This document shows positions 34,701-45,839 of a DNA stretch of 64,000 nucleotides, in pieces; position 1 is the first letter of the stretch; the number at the start of each line of letters is the position of its first letter. The translations under genes and the position numbers were made by a program. A model generated the notes under the pieces. The model searched no databases. It was not told where the DNA came from and saw nothing but the letters and a program-made list of their open reading frames with translations. This DNA is from the human T2T-CHM13v2.0 reference genome, Homo sapiens, in assembly GCF_009914755.1 (NCBI RefSeq), contig NC_060936.1. The stretch is one strand, 5' to 3'.

Positions 34701-37700
34701 AGGGTCACGTGGTAAATATATTTAATATTAAAAAAAAATCTTCCAAACTATTTTCCAGAGTGTCTGTACCTTTTTACATTTCCATGAGCAATGTATGAGT
34801 GATTTAGTTTCTTTGACAGCATTTGGTATAGTTACTATTTTTTATTTTAGTTGTTCTCATCATGGTCTTAATTTGAATTTTCCCAATGATGAGTGATGTT
34901 GAAAATTTTTTCTTGTGCTTACTTGTCATCTGGATATTCTCGTCAATAAAATGTCTCTTAGTATCTTTTGCCCATTTTCTAATTGGATTCTTTTTGTGTT
35001 TTATCATTGAATTTTAAGAATTCTTTCTATTTTATAGATATGAATTACAGATAGAATCTATAGATATTATAGATAGATATGAGTTATGGATCTGGATTAT
35101 TATAGATATGAATCCTGTGTCAGCTACATGGTTTGTAAATATTTTCTCCTTGTCTGCAGCTTATCTTTTTATCCTTTTAACAAGAGTTTTTCACAAAGCT
35201 GAAGCTTCTAAATTTTGTAAAGTCCAATTTATTGATTTTCTAATTCTGTGGATCATATTTTTGGTGTCATCACTAAGAACTTTTCATCAAACTCTTGGTC
35301 CCAAAGATTTTCTCCTTTGTTTTTATCTAAAAGTGTTATGGTTTTATTTTTTACATTTAATCTATGGTCCATTTTGAATTAATTTTTTTGTATGAGGTGC
35401 TGTTTCAGCACTATTTGTTGAGGGGGAAAAAAACTCTCCTTCCTTCATTGAATTGCTGTTGTTTCTTTGCCAAAAATCAGTTGGCTGTACTTGTGTGGGG
35501 CTGTTCCCAGGTTCTCGGCTCTGTCTCATTGATCTAATTGCCTGTCCCTGTGCCAGTCCCACACAGTCTTGATTACTGTAGCTGTGTAGTAGGTCTTGAA
35601 ATCAGGTAGAGTGAAATCAGCTTGAGCACATGATTCATATCACGTTATTCTTCTTTTACGAAATTGTTTTAGCTTTTCTAGTTCCTTTGCCTTTAAAGAT
35701 GAACTTTAGAGTAAGATTTTCTGTGTCTACAAAAATTCTTGCTGGGATGACTAGGAATTACATTAAGACTGTATATTAATTTTGGGAGAATTTATATCTT
35801 TATTGTGTTGAGTCTTCCAATCCATTAACATGGCGTATCTCTCCATTTATTTAAAATCTTCTTTGGTTTTCTTCATCTGTATTTTGTAGTTTTTGGCATA
35901 CAGGTCCTATGCATGTTTTGTTAAATTTACACCTAAATGTACATTTTTTGAGTGACTATGAACTCACTTAATAATTGTAGGAGTTTCTTTCTGGATTCCT
36001 TGAAATTATTGACATAAATGCTCATACCATCTGCAGATAGGGACAGTTTCACTTCTTCCTTTTGATCTGTGTGCTTTTTCTTCCTTTCTGTGCTGGCTGG
36101 AATCCTCAGTACTATTTGAACAACAGTAATGAGACCAGACATCTTTGCTTATTCCCTGTCTTAGGAAGAAACCATTCTGTCTTCGACTAATAAGTTAGCT
36201 CTAGGTTTTTTATAGGTGTCCGTTATTTGAGGAAGTTTCCCTTTATTCTTAGTTTTTTGAGAGTCCTAATCATGAACAGATATTGGATTTTGTTGGTTTT
36301 TCTGCCTCGATATGATCATGTGATTTTTCTTCTTTAGCCTGATAATATGGTGAATTACACTAATTTTCAAGTATTGAGTCAGCCTTGTATTCCACAGCAT
36401 TCCAATTGAAGACTGGGGCTATATTTATATAGTGCATTTTCTTTCTAAATCTTCATTCTGTGTATTAGGAGAATACTATCATCTTTTGCTTCATGGGCCA
36501 TGTGAATATATGGGCACATAATTTATGAAACACTGTAAGGAAAAGTGTTGGCACTTGGTCTCTTTAAGGAGCACATTTTCTAAATGGAGGAAATGACTCA
36601 ATTGAGGATCCCATATCTTCTATAGAAAAGACCCTTTCGCTACTCAAGTGAGTTTATCTTAATTCAGAGAAACCTTAATGTTTTCCCCACTCTCATATGT
36701 TGTTTTAGAAAGCAAAGGGAAAGGAGAGTTTTCTTTGGGAATCAGTGAATCCTCAAGTGCTGAGATGCTCCTTTTGGGTACACTGGTCTGGGTGAGCGTT
36801 CCTGCCTAGATGCATAGATGTGTAAATTAATTCCATCAAACTGCCCAGCTCTTGAGCTAGTGAGCCAGACCTACTGAACAGGATGAGCAGCACTAGGCAG
36901 GCTGTTATCTCAGCCCTCATTCATCAGATTCTCCCTCTCCTCTCTCTTTGTATGTATTTACCTTCTACTCCCTTCTCCACTCTCAGAAGTCCTTTTCGAA
37001 TAAATTTTTCCTTGGTCCTTGTAGAAGCCACGTGGCCATCCCATTCCCCACACTGATGCCATAAACATCTGCTCTGCAAATCTTAAATGGTGCCGGGGGT
37101 TCAGGGTTGATTTTTTTCTGTACCAGGTGAGTGGCTCAGTAGAGGTGAGAGAAAACGGAGTGACAGGGTGGCTTGGGAAGCGATTGACCAGAGTGAAAAC
37201 ACACCTGTTGGTGTTGCTCCTGCCAGGTTTGATTTCTGAACAAGAGTGAACCTTGTCTGAAAAGCAAACCATCATGAGAACGCTCGGGCCCTGCTGTAGC
37301 AGCGTGGACCCTCGGCTCTGTCTGCTGGAGCCGCTGACCAAGGCTGGTATGCAGTGCCAGGACCCCACTCCCTCTGGAGACAGAACCGGAGTCACCCCTG
37401 TCCCGTGGGAGGAGGCGTCAGAGACAGGCCCTTGCCTGTCACTGTCTGTGTTTCCTGATACGGATCTGTCCTGGGTTGGGCAGCTTCCCTTGTACGGATC
37501 TCAGGCGAGAGGCACCCAGGCTCTGGGTCCCTTTTGAGACCAGGCTGGAGTCTGTGATGGGAGGGAGGGGGTCAGAGTGCAGGGAAGGCCCCTGCCAGAG
37601 GCCAGGTGTGTTTAAAGGTGTGATTCCTCGGTTGTTAGTTGTGCGCATGAAGGAGAGGGGGTATTTTTATCAGTAGATGAGGGAGAGGTTTGCCTCTCTC

Positions 37701-38409
37701 TTCCCCACATAAGGTAGGATAAAAGTTGTTGTGACTTGCTTACCACAGACTCTGAATTTCTGCTCCTGGCTGGAAGCCCCCATCTCCCAGGTTAGGGCCC
37801 TCTCCGGGGGTGGAGGAAGAGACCTGGCTCAGCCCTGGTCTTTGGGCCTCTCAGGAACGCTGGGGACCTTTTGAGCTGCCCAGTCCCTGTGGAGTTTCTG
37901 GGGACACCTGATGTCTCTGTGGTGAACTCTGGCAGGGGTGAGGCTGAGGTTAAACCTTAGAGCCCCAGGGCCGGGCCAGGGGCCCTTAGTCCATTTGAGC
38001 CAAACTGGAAGCAAATTTGTGGGGCAACTCCAGACTCATGAGCAGGCAGTAAAGAAATAAACCCTGACTCCAGCAGTCATAGGAGCCACAATAGGATTGT
38101 GACCGCTACAAGATTTGAATATTTTTAGAAAACAATAATCCTGGCCGCTCATCCTCTGCCACGGGGAGGGCGGAGGATGTGATCTCACGTCTGCAAGCAC
38201 CGCAGGCTTTGGTTCCCTAGGGTTTCCCGCCGACGCATCTGCACCTGCTGCTCACTCCGAGGGGTGACTCCATCAGGATGTTTAGGGCTCGGGTGGCCTG
38301 TCAGCACCTTCCAGGCTGTGGGGCGGTGGCCCTGTCCGTTCACTCCCAGCAGGGATGCCTGGCTGGGCCATTGTCCTCGGCCCCCTGTACCCTCCCTACC
38401 GCAGGCCAC

Positions 38410-39330
38410 CTTGTGTGGGTTCATCCCACCGAAGTTCACGGAGTGCCCCTGCATGCCTGCCCCCGTTCAGGCTGTGAGGGAGAGGACAGAGCCAGACAGA
38501 CCGAATCCTGCCCTGTGACTCTCACATCCCAGTGCTGGGGACCTGGGGAGGTGACAAGCAGGCAGACAGACAGGCAGTGACAGGTACATGCAAGATCAGA
38601 TCCCAAGGAGCAGCACGTGGGAGGCCTGCTGGCAGGAGGCTGCCCTGAGGAGTGGCCACGTGGATGGGGGGATCGTGGGGCATCGGGGGAGAGGCATCAC
38701 ACACCTGGCTGGCGGCGGGGGCACACCTTCAAGTCTGAGGAGCGGCCAGGAGGCCGAGGGGCTGGAGGAGGCAGGTCAGGGGCTACGGGCAGATCTTTCC
38801 GGGCCCGGGGGCAACTTTAAGGGCCTCGGCTTTCCCCTGAGTAAGGTGGGTGCCCCCGGAGGGTCTGAGCAGAGGGACGAAGCGATGGACTTGGGCTTTC
38901 ACAAACCCTGTACAGGGCAGGGTGAGCAGGTAGACGGGGCTGCCGCCGGGCTCAGGATAGGAGTGGAGGATGTTAGCTTCAGGTCTGCTATGGGGGGCTT
39001 GCTGACAGGGTCAAGGATTTGGGGGCTCAAAAAGTTGAAGGACAGAGTGGCCACTAACTGACAAGGGCATGACTCTGGGACAGTCCAGGGCTGGGAGTGA
39101 GGTCAGGAGGGAGGTTTGGACATGCTCCGTTTGGGAGGCCTGTGGACGCCCAGGTGGGGAAGCTGCATTGGTGGTGGTAGAGCTGGAGCTGGAATGGAGG
39201 ACGGAGATGCAGATTTTGCAGTTGTCTAGCTGGGCACGTTGCCACCCCGAGCAAAAAACTGCTTCTGTTAGTGAGAAAGAACTGGAGAAAGAATACTGGT
39301 CAGGCGTCATCAGGGTCAGCCCAGGCCCTG
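38410..39330 (-). mobile_element. Diverged L2
   Basis: gagtgcccctgcatgcc...cagacagaccgaatcctgccct...ggtttggacatgctccgtttgggaggcctgtggacgcccaggtgg...ggagatgcagattttgcagttgtc. Confidence 0.6.
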
Positions 39331-39382
39331 GAGGAGGTGTGCCTGGCTCTGTCAGGCCTCTCTGGGCCTCCTCCAGACCTGG

Positions 39383-39966
39383 CTTCTGAGCAGGGGCTGC
39401 CCTCTGCCTCCTATATGTCTGATCGCTGTGCCCCTGATCCTTCTTCTGAGCAGGGGCTGCCCTCTGCCTCCTATATGTCTGATCGCTGTGCCCCTGATCC
39501 TTCTTCTGCCTCCTATATGTCTGATCGCTGTGCCCCTGATCCTTCTTCTGAGCAGGGGCTGCCCTCTGCCTCCTATATGTCTGATCGCTGTGCCCCTGAT
39601 CCTTCTTCTGAGCAGGGGCTGCCCTCTGCCTCCTGTATTTCTGATCGCTGTGCCCCTGATCCTTCTTCTGAGCAGGGGCTGCCCTCTACCTTCTGTATGT
39701 CTGATCGCTGTGCCCCTGATCCTTCTTCTGAGCAGGGGCTGCCCTCTGCCTCCTGTATGTCTGATCGCTGTGCCCCTGATCCTTCTTCTGAGCAGGGGCT
39801 GCCCTCTGCCTCCTGTATGTCTGATCGCTGTGCCCCTGATCCTTCTTCTGAGCAGGGGCTGCCCTCTGCCTCCTGTATGTCTGATCGCTGTGCCCCTGAT
39901 CCTTCTTCTGAGCAGGGGCTGCCCTCTGCCTCCTGTATGTCTGATCGCTGTGCCCCTGATCCTTCT
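39383..39966. repeat. VNTR, 60 bp unit, ~10 copies (one 42-bp deleted unit)
   Basis: CCTTCTTCTGAGCAGGGGCTGCCCTCTGCCTCCT(A/G)TATGTCTGATCGCTGTGCCCCTGAT; the copies align line by line over 39541-39960. Confidence 0.98.
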
Positions 39967-41229
39967 GGAGGGAGATTTCAGAGAAGTCCCACCAAGCTCT
40001 AAAGACCTCAGCCACTTTCCTGAGGCCACCAGATCGGTCACCATGGGGACCAGGGGCTGGTTCCAGAACCCCATGGAAACTTGGAATCCCGGACAGGCAG
40101 AGGTCTGGGGCCGAGTGGGGCTGAGTGGCTGCACACCTCAGCCTGCTCTGTTCTGGAAACCCGTGTTGCTGGGTTTGATGATGCACGCTTGTGTCTCATG
40201 GGTGGCGCTGGAATGGTCAACTCTGGGCATTTGGGTTTTTTTCTCTGCCTCTGGCCCAACATTAGACAGACCAGAATCTCAGATATTCTACTAGGAATGA
40301 AAGAATGTTCATCTTCCCCACCAGACAGAGGGGCGGGGAGGGAAGGCGTGGAGTGGGATGAGCTTGGCCACTCCAGGCCTTGGTACCATGATGACTTTTC
40401 CAACGTGAGGAGGGTCCAGGTGGCTGAGGCTGTTTGACTCCGCACTGATTTTGACAAGATTCCACATACAGGCCTCTATGAACCCCTGACTATTCTCATG
40501 CGAAAAACCACAGCATATCTGCTTCTCCTGAAAGTTTAAAGACACTCTGGCATTAGCAATGCTTTCCCCTTGTTTCTGTAAGTCATCCAAAATTCTTCTT
40601 GGGTAGAGGCCAGCTATAACAAAATAAATAAAAGGATAATGAATGGATTGGATCTTTTGATGGAAACCATTTGGCCAACTTCATGACAAGAAGAACAAAG
40701 GGAAGAAAAAAAGAAACAACCTTTAAATTCTAGCTGAGATTTCAAGTAGCCATGGCCCAGGAGCCAAATTGAAAAGCTGTAACACTTTTATAGACGTTTA
40801 TAGGTATTGCTTTTCTGGACTGACTGCAGCACTGAGATTAGGCAGTAGTGCCCTTCGGCAGGTAAACGTGTTCATTCCGAGCACAGCAGCTATATGGATT
40901 TTCTGTTCTGCCTCTTTCTTTACTCCTGAAAGATGCCATTAGATGGAATTTGGATGCTCTGGGGCCATGGCCTTCCATGTTCTGGGAGGCTCGTGGATTC
41001 CTGTGGATCGTCCCCCCGACCCTGAGGCTCCTGGAGCTGACAGAGCCCAGCAGGCCCATCCTCCATCTCTGACGTCACAGGCATCTGAGGGCAGGGCCAT
41101 GCACTACGAGTCCATGATGTACCAGGCGGGGGAGCCAGTGGCTATTCTAGGAAAATTCCATCTCCAGGGCATGAAAAGACAGATAAAGATCAGTGTAACT
41201 CACCTGTGCTGAGTAACATGGTGGGTCAC

Positions 41230-41460
41230 GGTGGGGCTCTGGAACCAGGATGTCTTGACCTGAGTCCTGAATTGGCCCCTTCCCAGCTCCGTCACTTGCC
41301 GTGAGTCCTCCAACCACCATGTGGCTTCGTGGCTTCATTTGTAAAGTGGGGCAAGAGTGTGCGCAGCTGGCAAGGGCTGAGCAATTGAATGACTTCACTC
41401 ATGTAAAACAGAGCAGGACCAGGCACAGGGCAGGTCCGTGGAAAAGGTTAACTATTGCCA
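41230..41460 (+). mobile_element. MIR
   Basis: ggggctctggaaccagg...cttcatttgtaaagtgggg...catgtaaaa...ggcacag...gttaactatt. Confidence 0.6.
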
Positions 41461-42639
41461 TCATTAGGAACCATCAAGGGGCTCACACACATGATCTCAG
41501 TGGAGGCTTCTAGCAGCCTGTGAGGGGGTGTTAGAGATGTCTGGATGCCAGCAACAGACGCTGACTCTGGTTCTCCTGAGCAGAAAGGTAGTTTATTGGA
41601 AGGATAAGGGGAGCACAATGTATCAGAGTGAAGTCATGAAAACAAGACAAAATCCAAGGTCTTAGAAAATATCTTATATGGTATTATTATATCATTTTTG
41701 TATTCGGCACAAAAAGGGCAGGCCAAAAATAAGCCCTAATGAGACAACTGTATAAAAACGTTTTGAGTAGCCTAATGAGTGAAAATTATTTAAAACGTGT
41801 TAATTATTATTGCATGTATGAAAGAATACAGGTCGCCTTGTTGCAATAGAAATGCCAAAGTCCCTTGCTTTCCAATAACATGGGCCTGAGAAAATTCAGT
41901 GTCACTCATCCACGACGATCCGATGTGGAGGTTCCTATTCCCACGGAGATGAAGCCACAAGCAAAGGCCTGTCCGTGTGCAGGTCTGTCCTGAGCATGAA
42001 CATCCTGTCCCAGAGAGAAAATGCTCCCTCTGGGAAGAGCCTCCCTGGGCACCCCTTGGGTCCTTGGAGCCCTTCTGGGCCACATCTCTGCTTAGCGTTG
42101 GGGGACCTGTCACACCCGAGTGGGGTGACCACGGGCTCGCGACCTGTATGAGGCGAGACTCCAGCATTCTAGGGGATGACCGCAAAACCAGGCCCTCAGC
42201 AGAGGCCGCCTCCTTCCAGAGCCTTCTGTGGCTGGGCGGGGGTCTCCAGGCAGCTCCGCAGCCCCCGCAAATACCCCCTGGTGCTGAGTCCGCTTATACA
42301 GACAGAGACGAAGGGCAGCGACAGCGTTTTTGTTTTCTGAAGTGGGAGGGTCTCGTGACCGCAGCTCAGGAGGAAAACGAGGCGCCGGCTTTGCAGGTGG
42401 GTAGGAGTTTGTGTTGTACTCGGAGGCTGGGAGCCCCTGGGGCTTCTGTAGGGAGAGGCGGTCTGAGACGCGCTTTAGAAGTTGACCTGCTGCTCTGCGG
42501 GGACTCGGTGCGGGAGACGAGTGGAGGCTGCTGCGTCATCCAGGTGAGAGGAGAGCCAGGTGCGCAGTGAGCAGAGGTGGGAGGAAAGCTGGTTGCCACG
42601 GAGATGAGGGCGTGTCCATCACTGCAAGGCTCCACCCAC

Positions 42640-42720
42640 AGCACTATCCTGGGCGGAACCTTCCTGGCCCCACCCACAGCCTTAGCTGATTGGAATGTGG
42701 AGTACATGTGACTTCAGGCT
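42640..42720 (+). promoter_or_regulatory. Candidate intronic promoter motif cluster
   Basis: GC box GGGCGG (42651-42656), CCCCACCC (42668-42675), inverted CCAAT box GCTGATTGG (42685-42693) and E-box CATGTGAC (42705-42712) lie within ~60 bp, downstream of a CpG-enriched stretch (~42130-42570). Confidence 0.5.
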
Positions 42721-42732
42721 GTGTCCTTATAG

Positions 42733-42801
42733 GTTGGCTGGCCTCTAGTGCCCTGCCCATGTGGTCATGGAGTGTCTGCACGGGACGTCCTGGAGAGTCG
42801 G
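42733..42801 (+). other. ADGRD1: Candidate alternative (first or cassette) ADGRD1 exon
   Basis: Strong donor CGG|GTGAGT (GT at 42802-42803). Possible acceptor ctgtgtccttatAG (42731-42732) with a GTGAC branch-like motif at ~42708-42712. The 69 nt are stop-free in the ADGRD1 frame. Confidence 0.5.
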
Positions 42802-42920
42802 GTGAGTCTGCCATCCAGGATGGTGGAGAAGAGTCCTGGGGTCAGAGTGGGCCTGAGAAGGGGCTGTGGGCTGCACCATCAGGGGAATGTAAGAGAGGCT
42901 GGAGCCACTTGATAGAGGGT

Positions 42921-43233
42921 GGGGCCATGTACAAGGAGGTGGGGCTAAGTGAAAGGAGGTGGAGCCATGTGCAAGGAGGTGGGGCTAAGTGAAAGGAGGT
43001 AGAGCCATGTGCAAGGAGGGTGGGGCTAAGCGAAAGGAGGTGGAGCCATGTGCAAGGAGGTGGGGCTAAGTGAAAGGAGGTGGAGCCATGTACAAGGAGG
43101 TGGGGCTAAGTGAAAGGAGGTGGAGCCATGTGCAAGGAGGTGGGGCTAAGTGAAAGGAGGTGGAGCCATGTACAAGGAGGTGGGGCTAAGTGAAAGGAGG
43201 TGGAGCCATGTGCAAGGAAGGTGGGGCTAAGTG
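42921..43233. repeat. G-rich VNTR, 40 bp unit, ~8 copies
   Basis: GGAGCCATGT(G/A)CAAGGAGGTGGGGCTAAGTGAAAGGAGGT. Confidence 0.96.
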
Positions 43234-45421
43234 AGTGGGGCAAGGCCACTGGGAGAAGAGGAGCCATGTGAGTGGGAAGGTGTCATGTGAGTGGGAAGGG
43301 TAATGTGAGTGGGGTGGAGTTAAGGGGGCGGGGTCCCTGTGGTTAATTCTCTGGTTTGTCTCTGGAGATTCTTCCTCCTGGCTCCCAGGACACTCAGGAC
43401 CTCTTTCCCAAGGATGGAACCTCTCCACACATACCATGGCCACAGTGCAGGTGACCCCAGTGCTGCTGGGCCACAGAGGGCAACTTGTGCACGCACTGGC
43501 GGGTCCTATGTGTCCAGGAGGCCCGAGGAAGGAGAGAGTGGAGACCCGGATGCCGGGTTCAAGGCTCACCAGGGATGCGGGCACCAGGGTGCTCCCTCCC
43601 CAGCCTCTGGCTGACAGCACTGAACTCAGCCGCCTCGCCCGGCTTCTGGTGGCTTCTGGTCCACGCTGTACCCTCCTCTGTGGGCTCCGTCTCTGCAGGG
43701 TTCTCGGAGACATCGCAGCTGCTAAATGCCAAATGCAGAACCTGGGCTGTGGGTCCCGGCCTGGCTTCGTGTGCCGCGCTTTCCACTGAGAGCCGCGTGA
43801 CTGGGTGCTACCTGGGGCGAGGGGGTGATGTGAAAACACTTTCTGTTCAGTTTCGGGGCAAGCTGCCCTAACTCCAGATCCCCACGCAATTCAGAGTACT
43901 TTCTTTTCTTTGGGTTTTGAAACAGCAATGCAGTTTCCTCTCTGCATGCCTCTCCGGCTTGCAGGCTGGCACCTGTGCACAAACCGAGCGTGAGAATCAG
44001 GTGTCTGTGGGCCCCTTTCTTCTCAAACGGGACTCCTGAGGTTTCGCAGAGGAGACAGGGACTTGGGGACCTTGGAGGGAGGGACACAGTTTAGAGTCCA
44101 GTTCACACTGGATGGTGGGTCTCTTACCAGACCAGCGTCCCACCTTGACGATGAACAGACAGCAAACTGAAGCTTCTTGGTCTTTGGCAAAAACCATGTT
44201 TCCTGGGGTCTTCTGAAGTAGGGGGCATCGGTGGGTCTCTCTGACCCTGGTGCGTCCCAGGTGGCCATGGGCTGTGCTTGTCTGCACAAGTCTACCCCTC
44301 TGCCTGGTGTTTCTTGGCTGTGCTCAGTTGCCTTTGAAGAGGGAAGCAGTAGGTTGTGAGGTTGGGGAGGCTGCTCTCTAGGATTGAGATCTGGCCCCAT
44401 GATCTCAAAATAAGGACGTGCACATGTCAGCACCATGTGTGTGGGGGGTGGCGCCTGCATTCTGTGGTCAGGACTTATTCCATTGAAAGGACAGACCCCT
44501 TCAAGCTGCCTTAATGCCAAAGAGATCTCTGCAGGCTCATGGGCCTGGGAGGCCTGGAGAGGGAAGACTTGGGGGTGTCATGTTCCAGGGCCTCTGCTGT
44601 TGTCCTCAGATGGATTGATCACATGTTGGAAGAAGGATGCCTCTGGTTTCTGAAGCAGCCTGGGCTGAGTGGGATGTCCTAAGGGTCTGAGCAGCATCTG
44701 TGGGTATCCTTGGCGCCCCAAGGCACTGCTCACCTCTGCCCAGGAGCCAGCACTGGGGAGAGTGACTTAACCAGACAGGCCCACATGCAGATGGCACTAG
44801 TGGGGTGAAGGCAGAGTAGTAAATCCCCACCATGTGCCCCTGCTCTACTGGGCCATCTGTCCCAGGGTCTCACCTGGCCTAACCTTTCCTTCTCAGCACT
44901 GGGGTGGCCCAGCTCATCAACCTGTCCTGAAATGCCTCATTCAGGGTCCTGCCCACCTCCCACCTTTTTCTTCCTGTGCTGGAACCAGGTTCTGAAAGTC
45001 CTGTCTTAGCCTCTATCAGGCTGTGGCTGCCTCATCCATGCTGGACTGTCTTATGACTCTTTGAAAGCAAGAAACCTCAGAAAGCACCAAGAGATAGAGG
45101 CTGGTTCAAGGTTTTTCCTTGTCGTATCTCTCCCATTACTTCTGTTATCCTTGATTTCCCTAAAGGTGGGACATTTCAAGCATTCAAAGCCCTGAACCCT
45201 GTTTAGTTGTGAGATGGGCTGGAGAAGAGGGTGGCACAGAGGGCTGCCCCAGATGTTCCACTGAGATCCACCTGCACCTGACCCACTGCTCTGGGGTCAG
45301 TATTTCGGCTCCTTATATTGCTTTACTTACCATCAAATTTAAGGACCATGGTGCCATCTCTCTTTTGCTTGGGACAATGTTGGACACGTAGCTCCCCAAA
45401 TTATTTACAGGTAAAACTGTA

Positions 45422-45839
45422 CACCTAGTCCATTTTCTGTTGTTATAATAGAATATCTGAGACTGGGTAATTTATAAAGGAAAGAAGTTTATTTTGGCTC
45501 GCAGTTCTGGAGGCTGTGAAGTCCAAGCTCGGGCAGCCGTGTCTGGTGAACACCTTGTGCTGCTTCACCTCTTGGTGGAAAAGGGAAAGGAAAGCCAGTG
45601 TGAGTGAAAGAGACTGCAAGAGCGAGTCGAGCTTGCTTTTTGTATCAACCTAATTTCATGAGAACAAATTCACTCCTGCAAGAACTAACTTACTCCCATA
45701 ACAGTGACATTAATCCATTCCTGAGGGCTCAGCCCTCATGACCCAGTTGCCACTTAAAGGCCCCATCTCCCAACACTGCTGCGTTGGGAATTAAGGTTCC
45801 AACACATGAGCTTTTGGGGGACACAGTCAAACCCTAGCA
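45422..45839 (-). mobile_element. MST-family (MSTC/D-like) MaLR solo LTR
   Basis: tagtccattttctgttgttataatagaatatctgagactgggtaatttataaagg...gacattaatccattc...ccaacacatgagcttttgggggacacagtcaaaccctagca. Confidence 0.85.

Larger units (their letters stand above)
33430..36400 (-). mobile_element. L1MC-like LINE-1 3-prime region with nested Alu and THE1
   Basis: Starts tagattcacaggaagttgcaaaaata...cacccttcatccagtttccccc and continues into antisense ORF2-derived text (gttgagtcttccaatccat..., catctgcagatagggacagtttcacttcttcc). Confidence 0.85.

Noticed and set aside
39271-40294. ORFs of 166-288 aa on both strands
   Set aside because: Produced by the 60-bp VNTR.
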